A DNA stretch of 54,968 nt, filler included, from Bipalium vagum (Eukaryota): NCBI GenBank assembly GCA_037834085.1. It is 3 parts of 3 records of this genome, joined end to end, with 100 filler letters (N's around TTAATTAATTAA, not from the genome) between each part and the next. Parts side by side here need not be neighbours in the genome. Positions count along the whole stretch, not along the records: positions 21,405 to 37,969 come from JBBMKC010105128.1; 2 more parts are not named here. The stretch is one strand, 5' to 3'. Every line of letters begins with the position of its first letter. The stretch's first letter is position 1. Shown here piece by piece: positions 24,791 through 38,069 of the stretch. Below the pieces are notes generated by a model, which had not been told where the DNA came from, did not search any database, and saw only the letters and a list, made by a program, of their open reading frames with translations. The translations under genes and the position numbers were made by a program.

Positions 24791-25619
24791 AATAGTAAAT
24801 TTAATATTAAATAAATTATTTTAAAAGTACAAATATATATCCGAATTAATAATTAAAATTAAAAATTATTTTTAAAATATCTGCGGTTTCATGTCACGAG
24901 GAATTTATTAAAGGAAAAAGACAAGTATTTTTTATTATATTTTCCAGAGTATAATATCATTATAAAATGTGAATACTTATTCAAAATATCTCTGATATAC
25001 CCCAATTAAAGATATTAATTTATTGTTACATAAAATGTACAAAGTGACGAGAATAAATAAAAAACATGATAAATATAAAATAAGTTTTGGTGATATAGTC
25101 AATTTTTTGAACTTTTGGATTTTGGTTTCTATATCAAAAACATATTTAGAACTGTTGCTTTGGGATTTCTTCAAAACAATCTTACTCAAGGGAATCCAGA
25201 ATACTCAAGAATTAAATTAAAAATTTCAACTATTGAATATTCAAAGAAAAACCCCTCTCAGATGTGCACTGTTTCTTCTTTTCAAGGACGTTTATAACTT
25301 TGTATTGAATTAAATGGCACAAATGTTGAACATAATTAGATTTCAGTAAATAATATTTCATTAATGGTGGAATTTCGAGATTATCGCGTATAGTTTTTCT
25401 GTAATTACTTTTTGTTCCCATTGTTACTTTAAATATGTAATAATGTTCGGTTGTTCGGAAAGTTACTACGTTTTTTCGAGTTTAAGTTTTAAACATCATT
25501 TAAAGTATCAAAACAAGTTGTTAATAAAATTTTCAATATCGATTACATTAATCCATATGTCAAGTCTGACTAGTAGGTAAATTGTTTAAATATATAAAAA
25601 TAAATTTTTAAAGTGGAAA

Positions 25620-26160
25620 ATTTGAAATTAATGTTGAAAAGTTAAATTTTTGGCATATTTTACTGTTTCAGTTCCTAAAATACCACAAGAAAATTATTAG
25701 AGGCATATGCAAAACAGGCAATAACGTAATAGCAATGTCAAACGTGGTTTTCCAGATTTCGTTCGACCTTTAGCTTTGGTCGCTTTCTGGAAAACCACAC
25801 AAGACTGATGTGGATAAACTGAGTGCTGCAGTTAAAAGAGATTCATTCATCTCGGACAATTGGGAAGATGTTACATCTATCTAATTCCCCAGTTCATACC
25901 CATTTAAAGGTCTAGGTTATGTTGAAAAGCTTAATGTATTTCAGAAAATGATATTATTCAGTGCATTAACATATGAAATTTGTTATTTAAACCAAAGATC
26001 CAATCTTGAAAAGAACAGTAACGAGCGATGAAAAGTTGATTATTTACAGAAACCGCAGCCGCAAGAGATCATGAACCAGGAGAGATGAACGACCTTAACG
26101 CCAATAACATAAAATAACAAGTCTGATTCAATTATGAACACAACGTGATACATTGCATAA
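25620..26160 (+). mobile_element. Decayed mariner transposase
   Basis: HIxLFQF, QCQTWFSRFRS, HLKGLGYVEKL, KRTVTSDEKLIIYRNRSRKRS. Confidence 0.78.
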
Positions 26161-26299
26161 ATACAGCCATTACATTGGTTAAAACTGCTTAACTAACCGA
26201 ATTATCGCCCATCATCTCTCGATCAAAATCACGGGTGAACGGTGCACCAGCCTGGCTAAAATTGGTCATTCGGCCCAGCAAAAATGTCCGTTTTTTGCT

Positions 26300-26380
26300 A
26301 TGACTCTTATATAAGTCGACCTCATTTTCTTCATCAAATTTTATAAAAAAACCTTGACTTATATTCGAGTATCTACGGTA
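26300..26380 (-). mobile_element. pogo/Tigger-type terminal sequence (solo end)
   Basis: TACCGTAGATACTCGAATATAAGTC..GTCGACTTATAT, the TACCGTA..TATAAG/CTTATA end structure typical of pogo-like elements. Confidence 0.5.
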
Positions 26381-27649
26381 CATAAACGACGGTCTAATTT
26401 TTAATTTAATTATTTTGTAAAATTCTGAATGGTGGAAATTAATTTAATAATTTAATTAATAATAAATGTTTGGAAAAATTTGTTCAAAATTATTGAAATG
26501 CGTCATTTAAAAAATAAATTTATGATGTTCACAAGATTAAAAATATATATTATAATATATAATAATTCTATTTATTTTTCTTATCCAAACACGAATATTA
26601 TTACTAGACCAGTAATTAAACAATGTTGAAAGAAAATAGAAACTATGACTATTCATGACAAATTCTAAGTAGTTTTAATCCTTTTACTTCCGGCTATCGT
26701 CTTGGTATGGTCATTGAGTAATTACATGTTAGTTCCGAATGAAGCCGAGTAATTTTTTAGCTTCATATAAAGCAAAAAAAATTTAAATCTCTAATCGTAA
26801 AAGTTTTTTTTTTGTTTTTCTAATTCATTAAAAACATCTGAAAATTTTCACTGCTTAAAAAGAAAATCTTAGCATTATAAAATTAATACAAACTTTTCAA
26901 ATAATAATTGACAATTCTCTTCCAAAATCTGTCAAACCTTTGGAATAAAAATTATTTTTAATAAGAATTGTTTCTTGTTTAAAACTGTGATACAATCAGG
27001 AATTACAATTATTAATTTATAAAATGACTTCGTTTTAAATCATCTAATAATTGTTTTAATTATTTGATTACTTAATTAATTATATGTTTGAAAGCGTAAT
27101 ATTTTTCAGTTTCACAGAACATTTTCAAAGCGACCATCCTGACCAATGTCTTAATTAAAGGACCAAATATTGAAATATTTTCTTTGCAAATCACACAGAA
27201 ACCCTGTTTCAGGAGTGAGGGGTTAATTTTGAAAGAAAATCGAAATTCTTTTATTCAAAGGACAAAAATATGATTTTCAAATATATATTCATTTTTTCCC
27301 CTTTTGAACAAAGAATGAATTTCAAACGTTATTATTTTATGATAACTGAGTATGGAAAATGGAATGAATTAACACCCGTAAATATTGTTTATTTATATTT
27401 ATAATCAACTAAATTGATTCATTGGAATTGTTATCTGCGATACCAACAAAATCAGTCATATTTTGAACAATATATTTTTGAATAAATATTAAAATTGAAA
27501 TTAAATTAATTTAAAATATAATTTTTAGAAATCATTTTAAATACTCACAGGAATAATTACACTTCATGAAATAAAACAAAAAGTAAAAATAAGGTAAAAA
27601 TATAAAAAATTGTTTTGACAAACTCTGTACATAAGACTTTTTATTTTAA

Positions 27650-27693
<44 letters not shown>
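27650..27693. repeat. (ATT)n microsatellite
   Basis: Tandem ATT. Confidence 0.95.
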
Positions 27694-27696
<3 letters not shown>

Positions 27697-28199
27697 ATAT
27701 TATTTTACTCTTATTTGAGTCGTAAGATTAAAACACCTTTTATTTAAAGAAAATAAGAAAAATGCATTTAAAAATTTTTCAAACTAATCTTTATAAAAAA
27801 GATACTCAGTTAAATTCTTTTTATAGAATATTTATGAAAATCGAAATTTGGTTTAGATTTCCATATCCTGTCCCAAATTGGCCTTTCCTCTCTCAATATG
27901 TAAATTTCTTATAAATAAATGGAGGAGATTAATAGAAATGAGTGATGCGGTTGAAAAGTTCAGTTCAGAGGTCAACATTTCGAGTTCAAATGAATGTCAT
28001 CTGTCTTTTCAGAGCTCAGACTTAAAACATTAGGAATGTGTCAAGTATTTTAATGAATGGGAAAAACTTAATTGTTCTTCCGATGAATTGGATTATGTCT
28101 TATTAGTGTCAAGACATCTTTTTCGTCAACATCAAAGATTCATAATATTTATATTTTTCTTCAAAAATAAAAAAACATTAAAATACTGCTTGATCTTAC

Positions 28200-28295
28200 T
28201 TTGAAAAAAGTGACAATTCCGGTTATTCCATACGTTTTACTGAGAGCTTCAGAGTAGTTGGAATACAGTACTTTATTGTATCCATAAATTTGGAT
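28200..28295 (-). CDS. Internal exon of carbonic anhydrase-related protein (CARP X/XI-like)
   Basis: tttctag|IQIYGYNKVLYSNYSEALSKTYGITGIVTFFK|gtaag, 96 nt, phase 0; continues the 30618 exon (..YPGE|IQIY..) as in CARP GEVQLIHYN..LY.N..EA. Confidence 0.85.
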
Positions 28296-28779
28296 CTAGA
28301 AAAATAAATAATAAATATAATGGCAAAATATAATAAAAAAATAAAACAATAATATAAATAATAAAAATAATAATAATAAAATAATATTTCGTTTGTCCTT
28401 TAACACAAGGAATCCAAAATTGATCAAATATGATTGTATTAATAATTTTTCACATTTTCAGATTATTTCAAAGCAATTTTTTATTAAATTAATATCATGA
28501 TATGTGCAAGTTTTATTACTTAAAATAATTATTAATTTAATTAGTTATATTTTATTATTTTACATTGTGACTCATTTTAAATCATTCCAAGTGACTTAAA
28601 ATTTACAGTTGAGGTCCTAATTCATCATTTGAGGCCAACCTGTCATTTATTTACTCTTTTTTCTGTGGACTCCGGCTTCTTCCTCCAAATAAAACCATCA
28701 ATGCAACTGTCTATTAAACGATTCTATAAGAAAATGTTAAACACTTCCTTGTTATTAAAAATTGTAATCCTTTTTGTAT

Positions 28780-29010
28780 TTCTGCAAAAATTTTAATTGT
28801 CTTGGCACAAGTCTCCTCTCCAATTTGTCTTTCAAAATAAATTGACAAGAGACAATTGATATTTTATTTTATTTTTTTCAATATATCCGTTGACAGTTGA
28901 TATCGTAGCTTTTCCAGTTCTTTGGTCATCTTCCAGATATTTCCTGCCACCTTTAAAGAGTTTGGATCAAAGATAAATTTGTGCTTGGGACATGCATTGT
29001 TCACAAAATA
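28780..29010 (-). mobile_element. Mariner-like transposase N-terminal fragment
   Basis: MSQAQIYL*SKLFKGGRKYLEDDQRTGK resembles MSRxxVYxWxKxFKxGRESLEDxxRxGRP. Confidence 0.6.
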
Positions 29011-30617
29011 ATATCAAGTATTCCGGAAATGATGCTGACATATCGTTCGACTGACAAAATTTAATGCAAATCCGTTAATCTTTCAACACTGAGATTTTAA
29101 AATTTCCTCTTTGACTTGTTATGCGATTACTTAAACAAAGATATCTTTAAATAATAATCAGAAAGTTCTTATTTATACTTGTGAAGGTTATCGTTGAAGA
29201 CCCCAGACAAGACAACTCTCCTAACTGCTCAGAGCTCCTGCCTGTCTGCATAACCTTGTATCAAATTGGATTCTGTTATTTGGTCAACATTAGATATCAC
29301 CAGTACACATCAATACCCTCTATTGCTTAGTTCACAATGAAGATCGGTATTAACAACATCCTCTGGAATTATTTAGAAACAAATGACACTGACATCGCCC
29401 TGTCAGTATCGGTCAGTATTACAATTGACCATTGTAAACATTGGTCAGCACATCAACGATATTGTCAATAATATTTGTTGACACAAACAAAAACAAAATA
29501 TTGAAAAAAGATTCTTTTTTGTAAAAATTTACACTTTGTCACAATCAGAAAAAAGTTGAAATATTTTTATATTTTATATATATAAAATATATTAATAAAT
29601 AATTTTCTCCATATTTTCAATTAACGTTTTATGAATTTTCCACATTTTCCGATCGAAATTCACTGATATAATTTTTAAGGAATTATAAAAAAATATCATT
29701 TCAATTTTAATAATGTAAAAGGACTCTGAACATTAAAAACTCTCAATTGCTCTTGACATTTATTTCCAATAGATCGATGTCAATAAAAATTAAGATCGTA
29801 TTTTATTATAAAACAATTAATTTCCAATTTGGATTCGGTTCCATTTTCATATTCATTAATCTAAATTTTGGTTTTACTTGATTTTTATTAATAAAGCGTT
29901 TCCATCGCTTTCTCTAAAGGGATTATTTTTATTAATTTCTTTCCAAGAATTTTTTCCTCTTTTTATTTTATTAGAGCTTTTTAATAACGATTTTAAAATG
30001 GTGCCTGTCAATATTTAAACATATTTGAGCATATTTAAATGTTTAAAAAGTGCCAATATTTTTGTAAATAGATATCAAAAAAATCTTTGGTAATTTTTAA
30101 AATGGCAAGCCAAGTTGGAAATGTTTTTTCATTTCAAAATATTTTAAAAGGGGCACGTATATTAATTTATTGAATTCGTGAAAAAGTTTAAGTATTATTT
30201 TTTTTTAATGGGATTAACAAATCTGTTTAAAACTGAGGTGTGAAATTGTTGAAATTTCTACAAACATGGCCACCACTACCAGAGAATATTTTAGTCGAGT
30301 CTCTCAGATCGCAACTTACAAATTTCGACCCCTTCATGTTCATGGTAAACAAGTTCAATTGTATTTTTAGAAGATCTGATTACGTCGAGAAATTCATTAT
30401 AAAGCTTTGAAAAAAAAATGTGGAGAAAAAGAAATCGATATGTATGTGAAGAGTTAATGGTAGACAGATTAATGGAGTATGTCTGAAATTTTCGAAGTAG
30501 CAGCTATCGGTGCCTATGATTAAAACAAATATTTGTTATTGTTATCATCCAAAAAAAATAAAATATTAATAATATAAATACTTTTTAAAGGCATAAAATT
30601 CAATTCTATATTCTTAC

Positions 30618-30806
30618 TTCTCCGGGGTAAGTAAAATTGTTTATTGTATGATCCGATCCGCGGGAAGATTTCTTTCCAAATTTCAAAAGTATTCGATAAA
30701 CCTCATATTCATAAGACAGTGGTCCTCCTTTAATGATAACGGAGCCCTGTTCAACATTAAATTGAATATCTTTTCCAGTATTGAGTGCTTGAAGTTCTAG
30801 ATTTAC
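30618..30806 (-). CDS. Internal exon of carbonic anhydrase-related protein (CARP X/XI-like)
   Basis: ccaag|VNLELQALNTGKDIQF..SVIIKGGPLSYEYEVYRILLKFGKKSSRGSDHTINNFTYPGE|gtaag, 189 nt, phase 0; NTG, GGPL.Y.Y and GS.H..N...F.GE are alpha-CA/CARP motifs. Confidence 0.9.
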
Positions 30807-32436
30807 CTTGGAGAAAAAATAAAAAATCAATAAAAAAACAGAAGAATGTTATTCAATTTTTAATTAATCCCTAAATGGGAGATGTAGTAAAACGAATATT
30901 TCTTTCACAAAGTCAGTTCACAATGCCAATGATGGTCAGATGCAAGTGTTATCAATTTAATTTCTGTCATTCTCAGACGAATAATTTTCAACTAAAATGA
31001 AAGAGAAATGGAAAATAATTTTCACTGGAAAGATATACGAATAAATTGAATATAACAAACAATGCTCAACTTTTGAGAGTCCATCATAACCAGAGTTATT
31101 TTATATTTTATGAGAAAGGTTCCATTTAATATGAGTGTTATAAATAGATTCAAAAGGGTCGTAAGTTTGTTAATTACTTTGTCGATTTTTTATTATCAAT
31201 AATAACAGATTAAAATCGAAGCAAAATGATTTTATTAATATAAATTCATTATTTATTTTTTTATTTTAATTATGGGGATATATTTTTTTTTACATTTCCT
31301 TGGGAATCCTTTCAATTATTAAAATAAGAAAAAATACAACTGACGTGTCGACAAATGCCTGATATATGCTGATTAGGAATCTCTTACTTCGATACTCGAG
31401 AATAAATCGCAGCTTAGCAAAACAAAAAAAATAATTGTCCTATATTTAAAATAAAATAAATAAAATACTGCTCAATGTTTAATAATAGATATGGTAAAAT
31501 ATTTTTGAAGAGATGATCAGAAGTCCAATCCACAACGAATAAATAATTCAGAAATAGTTTGTAAATTTTTCATTTATTTTAGATTCATTAAGACTTCATA
31601 AGAATTTATATTATTTAACAAAGGATAAAATTTAATCTTTTTCCATTTCCTTTCTGAAAATGAAGATAAACTAACAAATACTTCAAAAATTAGAATTTAT
31701 AAGAATCTGGTGAAATTATTATGAATTTTAAGTTTAATAATAATAATTTTATTATTATTAATATATTACTCAAGAAAAATTATTATAATTTTAAATTAAT
31801 GAAAGAATTGAAAAAATATATTTACGGATATCTGCGATAAGGTATACCCATAAACGTCGTACAGAAATTTATTTCTTTGATATTTTAAAGATTGTCGAAG
31901 GTAAATCAATCTTAATTTAATTTATTTATAGATTCTATTTTTCATATTTATAGTTTATATTTCTAATTAATTTTTGTTCTGTTTTAGATATAATTTAATC
32001 TCTAACGTAAAATTTAAAGGTCTTCGATATCAACGGTTGAAAGGATTCTCATAAACTATAGCCAAACAAGAAACGAAGAAAGTAATGAAGTCCACAAGCA
32101 GGAGTATTATATCAAAAAAAGGTTTTGGTTGAAGGACTGAACAGCTATCATAAGGGTAAGATTTGTGAGTTAACTGAATCTTACATCAAAATATAATATA
32201 GATTACCATCAAATTTGTTAACAAAAACACTCAATTTCGATGCAGGATAAATTCAACCGATGAGAAACAATGGATATATATGGTGCCTAACAATTCTCTT
32301 GTCTTTTTTTTGTTCTTGTTAAATAAATTCTTTATTTTTTATACACATGGATAGTAATTTATAAGACATGCATTTGGTAACTTGGAGAACAGATTTTAGG
32401 TCAATTACTTAAGCTGCTTAGATTATAAACAAGATA

Positions 32437-33615
32437 CAGTGCTCCAGCTAATTATTGCCTCATCTTAACTAATTTAAAATTGAAATTATTTAAATTTAAT
32501 TATATAAATTAAACGTTTGAAAATTAAATATTAAATGTAAGTACTTCTGTCTGTCGAATACTAAGATTTTATAAAAAAATTATTTATTAAGATGAGTAAA
32601 ATTGCAAGATTAACCGACACCGAGAAAGGAATGATCTATGCCTACCACGACGGCGGAAAATCAAACAGATGGATCGGCACTAAGTTAGGGAAGAATGAAA
32701 GTAGTATAAGACACCTTTTGAAGAATAAAAATAAAAAAAAGAAGACACGGGGTCCTAAGGCGAAAATTTTCGCAGCAACGAACCATTGCATTATTAGGAA
32801 GGCCAGGAACCAAAGCATATCCTGTGCGAAAATAAAAACGCTATTCAACCTAAATGGGTCCGTAGAGAGTAAAGATTTTAAATAAATCCGGGACGATCCG
32901 GTTAAAGAAAATGTTAGTAAAACCTCTTTGAAGCCACAATATAAAATCCATTGTGTCTGATGGACTAAAGAGAAAATTTATTGGGTCACCGAATGGGAAA
33001 AGGTCATCTGGAATGACGAGAAATAGTTTAATTTGGATTGACCTAACGGTTACGAATATTATTGGCACGATTTGCGGAAGGAGGAGATATCTTTTTCGAA
33101 TAGACACACTAGAAGAGGTTCCTTGCGATTATTACCGGCAGGCTAAATCGATATGAATATAAAATGCTTTTAGGAGAACATTTACTTCCATTTATGAATT
33201 ATTTTGGCGGAGACAAACCAATTTTCCAACAGGATAATTGTCAATGCCATGTTGCACGTTCCACTTCGCAATGGCAAAAGACAGAAGTATCAATGTTATG
33301 TCTTGGCCGCTCTATTCACCAGACATGAATACCATAGAAAATATTTGAGTGATAGTAGCAAGTCGTGTATATGTTCATGGAAAACAATATGAAGCAATTT
33401 CAGAGCTGGAACGAGAGGTAAGTCGCTATTGGGAAGAAATCGATAACAGCGTCCTGCGATCACTGGTAAATTCCATGCCAAATATAATTTATGAAGTGAT
33501 TTATTCTCATAGAAGTTCAACTAAATATTAACAATCGAAAAATAATTCAAAATTAATTCTTTTGTTATGATATACGTTTTTGGTAAATATGCGGCAATAA
33601 TTAGTTGGAGCACTG
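32437..33615 (+). mobile_element. Tc1/Tc3-like element with both TIRs and TA TSD; transposase pseudogenised
   Basis: TA|CAGTGCTCCAGCTAATTATTGCCTCAT ... ATGCGGCAATAATTAGTTGGAGCACTG|TA (27-nt TIR, 2 mismatches); transposase 32592-33531 with LTDTEKGMI HTH, VIWNDE, FQQDN, SPDMNTIEN; frameshifts and an internal deletion. Confidence 0.93.
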
Positions 33616-35093
33616 TATTAATAAAACAAATTAATATACTAAATTTATGTACAGGCCTTACATAATTTTAATATGATTCTAGTGCATAGTTTAATTCTGC
33701 ATCTGTGAAGTGTGTCTATAAAACAATATCTATTCATAATGACCAAGATATTACTGTCATGTTAAATTTTATATTTTTTTTCGCTTATATAAAACAGCAA
33801 TTCTTATTATAATTGAAAATAATTCATGAAGATATAATTTCTAATACCGAATTTTATTTCACCAATACAGTGGATCACGTGTCAAGAATATCTAACATTG
33901 ACCAATAGAAAGAGGCATTCTACAAGAGAAGTATTCCGAAGAATCAATATATGCTTTGAGAAAGATGTGCAAGATGATACAACTTTCTCAAAATATTTGA
34001 AATAAATGAAAACCATTTAATTTTTAAGGTTCACTTTCTTTATTATTTAATTCTCATTAACCCATAACATTGTAAATTTATATCGTCATACAATTTTTTT
34101 GATTCTTAATTTGCATAAAATGTTATTTAAAACGAAGAAAGATCAAATTCATAAAAGTTAGTAGAAAAGCAAATTGCAAACAAGTAATTTTACGCCTCTT
34201 AAAAATGTTAATCATTAAATTAATTATTGTAAATTTCACGTTATTGAAAAATGATGTTCTCCTTTTCGAACATTATTATTTAAACGAAAATTAAATAAAA
34301 ATATTTCTTAAATTCCTTACAAAAATCTGACGAAAATTATTTACAAGTGCACTTCGTTGCCTTTATTTATCCAGAAATATTTCCGGAGACTTGTTTGCTT
34401 ATAGTCATCAATAAAAATGACTTAATATTTTGAAATGATTTTAGATTTATTTTTTATTTAACTGGATTTTATTTTCATAATTAATCTTATGTATAGTGCA
34501 AAATTTTCCAATAAATTTTATTTATATTTTAATAAAGTTGAAAAAATGTCAGGAAGCCTACATAAAATATAAATATTTTTTTAAAATTATTATATTAAAA
34601 TTAAATAAAAATTAAATTAAAACTAAATTATTTAATGTAGAAAAAAAATTTCATTATTTTTAATTTTTTTATATTACTTATTTTTAACATTATGTTAGGT
34701 TACTCATTATATTATTAAAATATTTCATAATGCTAAAAATATATAATATAAATATTAATAATTCAAACTTTTTGTGTAAAATAATTATTCAAAAAAAATT
34801 TTAATTAAGACCAGTACTTTTGAGATAAATCAATAATAAGATTTTATATTAACCTTTTTATTTTAATAATTAAATATTATTATTTGATTAGTATCGCAAA
34901 CATTTTTTCAAAAAAAATAAAAGAATTAATTTCATGAAAATGTAAAAAAATTTCTTTTAATAAATTAGTGCTTTAATGAGAAATAAATATAATATGATTA
35001 TTTATATAATAATATTATTAACTATTTTATTGTTTTTATTTTATTTTTTTAATTTTATTTATTTAATTTTAAAGTCAGCGTTTATATTATTAT

Positions 35094-35130
35094 ATTAGGT
35101 TGTCCAGAATAAAATTGCGGATTTTGAATA
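35094..35130 (+). mobile_element. Solo mariner-type TIR
   Basis: TATTAGGTTGTCCAGAATAAAATTGCGGATTTT resembles mariner TIRs. Confidence 0.5.
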
Positions 35131-35199
35131 TTATTTTTAAAAAGTCAAAAACAGCTGGTAAATAAATTTTATTAATTAAAATATTTCCCATTTTACCAT

Positions 35200-35735
35200 A
35201 TCTGTGTTGTTCTTTCGCTTATACAACCTTCATCCCATGCAGCATTAATGTTTCGACAGTTGCCTTTCACCAATTTTCTGAAGAAAAGCTATCATGCCTA
35301 TTTTGGCATTAAGCTTGGTGATCAAATCAAAGCTTTTGCACCGCACATATGTTGCGACGCTGGAGCAACGGAAAACAAAAAAGCCTCTCATTCGGTATCC
35401 CTATTATCTGGGGAGAAGGAAGAGATCAAGAAAGTGACTGCTGTTTTTGCATGACAAATCTGGAAGGCATAAATAGAAAAGCGTAACATCATATCAAGTA
35501 TCCTGATGTTCCATCTGCTTTGAAACCGGTTCCTCATGGAAACATAAACAGTATTGTACACATAATCGTAGTGTTTTTATGTAATAATATATAAAAAATT
35601 CAAATTGTTGTATCATAAAAACTAGACGTGACTGAGACAAACGAATTACTGATTTGAAATCAGCGCAAAAGTTCCTTATAGAATCTGCTTAAAAAGTTCA
35701 AACTGCATAAAAAAGTTTTCAAATGCAGACCAGTG
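35200..35735 (+). mobile_element. Internally deleted DNA transposon, probably TcMar m44-like
   Basis: YHAYFGIKLGDQIKAFAPHICC, SFGIPIIW, DCCFCMTNLEGINRK..KYPDVPSALKPVPH, then a 3' end GATTTGAAATCAGCG..AAATGCAGACCAGTG; family name from recollection. Confidence 0.75.
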
Positions 35736-37526
35736 TTATAAAACTTAATAAATATGATTATGACACAAAGAATCGGGTATACACGTTATAAGATTAATCT
35801 TAATTCTGAAAATCGTTCGTAAGATTTATTTTTTTATATTAATATTAAAGACATGAATTATATTTTTATGAAACTTATAATAAGGGTTAACATGTTTTCA
35901 AGAACCATCTTACTTAAAAGAGAATATTCATAAAACCCGGAAATGCTTTGACCATGAAATGTCTAGTGGTACTTCAGCGAAAACTGTATTAAAATATGAT
36001 TAGGTTTTCAATGTGTCCAAGAGAGAAGAATTTTAATTAAAAAATTCTTCAGGATTTTTTGTAATTAATCTGTCTAGCTCTTGTTAATCAATACGTACGA
36101 TATCTATCAATAGTAAATTAGAAAATAGGTGTGCTGATAATAATTTTATTAAAATGACACTTATCTATAACCAATATAAATAATAATAATATATATTGCC
36201 GAAAATTCTAGAAACGGTTATATCAGCCTAACGTAATCAAACCTATTTGGATCATGCTTTTTCACCAACAAGGTAAAAGTAACTGATACAATTTTGCTTA
36301 TACAAAATAAACACATGACTGTGACACTAAAATAATTTTTACTAATAAAAGTGTTATTTACAATAACATGTGATACGTTTTAAATTTTAATAATTGAAAA
36401 ATATCTTGTGGATTTTTACTTTGAATATTCGTTTTCCACATTCATTTATTAAGGTATGACTGTAGAATCCTAATAAATATTGATTTTTCAAAAAATCGAA
36501 TTTATTCTCCGTATTTATGCACCGATCTCCGTGTTTACAAAATTCATTCGATGATTCACAGTCAGATGTATTTTTGTCTTCTTTAGACAATTGAGCACAA
36601 GTTTTCATTCATCCTCATTATAATTGATCCGTACTGAACAACAGTCCTTATAATATGTAATGACAATTTTTTATCTTCTTTAAAAACATATTTGCATTCT
36701 TCGAATCATTAACCGTGCCAGAAACTCACATTTCATGGTCAGGGGCACACCCATTATAATTTTTGGTCAATAAGACAATTACCTACTTGTCGGTAAAAAT
36801 GTTTCAGTTTCTGTAATAAAAACATGATCCGACTATTTGATATAAAATATATTTTAATGAAGAATTTATTGAAAATTAGGCGTTTTAAAAATATATTTCT
36901 TTAATTTAATTTTATTTTTACATTACATTATTTTTATTGTTACATTACCTCCGGAAATAAAAATAATTGTTATAAGTAAATATAAATAATAAGCAAAATA
37001 TTTTATATTAAATATTAAAATAGTGATGTTTAATATTTAATTTATTAATGAAAAGTTTTCAGTTCAAACATATTAGAATCAAAGTGTTTGAAGTCCAAAA
37101 TTTATTTATTTCTACTAAAAATTGAAATTTCGAACAAATGTAAATATTTAATTTTTACTTTTTCTTAATTTATTGACTTAATTTAATAATACAATTTAAT
37201 TATTTAATTATTGATTTCAATAAAAATGTGTGCTTTAATCTTAGAGGTAAATTTATATTTTAAAGGAAGGATTACTTAATTTTACTAAAATTTAAAATAT
37301 TTGATATAATTATATTTTTTAATTTAAAATATATTCTTAAAGTTCTATTTTATTATATTATTGTATTACTATGATTCCGACTTTTACGAAAATGAGATAA
37401 AATTTGTGGTTCAATGAATAAATTAAATTGGTATCATATATTATTTGTAATATCATATATTAATAATTCAATAAAATATTTAACTTTATTTAAATAGATA
37501 TTTTTTAAATAACGCAGAAATTCAAA

Positions 37527-37735
37527 ATGGCCAATTTTGTTCCAAACTTCATTTGTGGAAGTAAGTTTGAATTACTATTTTTCAAAGAAAACCTGTACAG
37601 AAATACACCGCTTGTTGGTTGAAGTTTACGATAAATATCGTTACCTCATCCAAAGTATGGTTTTCCTTATTCAGAATGAAGATTGCGACATCTTTTTTCA
37701 TTAAAAAAAAGCCTGGATCAGACTAATGCAACTAT
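37527..37735 (+). mobile_element. Mos1-like mariner N-terminal fragment
   Basis: MANFVPN..KKTCTEIHRLLVEVYD..WFS, resembling the Mos1 N-terminus. Confidence 0.65.
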
Positions 37736-37756
37736 TATTGATAGTTTTATTATCTA

Positions 37757-37969
37757 CAGTGCCGTCCAAAATATTAGCAATTTTTTTAAATTAATACATT
37801 AAACAGTTTTTGTGTATGTATTTTTTAAGCAAACAAAGTTTATATGTTAATGTTTTATACATATTGATTAGTATATTGTTAACATTATTAATTATAATTT
37901 TAGAATAATTTTGTTGTTGGATAATGGGGAAAAATTCCGATATTTCATCTGAAATAGTGGCACAAATGG
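37757..37969 (+). mobile_element. 5' end of a Tc1-like element cut by the gap
   Basis: TA|CAGTGCCGTCCAAAATATTAGCAA TIR-like start, then ATG at 37924: MGKNSDISSEIVAQM. Confidence 0.6.
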
Positions 37970-38069
37970 NNNNNNNNNNNNNNNNNNNNNNNNNNNNNNN
38001 NNNNNNNNNNNNNTTAATTAATTAANNNNNNNNNNNNNNNNNNNNNNNNNNNNNNNNNNNNNNNNNNNN
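37970..38069. other. Assembly gap (100 nt) with TTAATTAATTAA linker
   Basis: N run with central linker. Confidence 0.97.

Noticed and set aside
25115-25421. CTSERGFS as a hAT dimerisation motif
   Set aside because: Only one weak motif; not enough to call.
26189-26383. ORF ending MMGDNSVS as a possible carbonic anhydrase C-terminal exon
   Set aside because: Lacks the N.RP.QPL motif and overlaps a pogo-like terminal sequence.
27548-27632. Signal-peptide-like exon with a gtgagt donor
   Set aside because: In-frame stop before the donor in the plausible frames.
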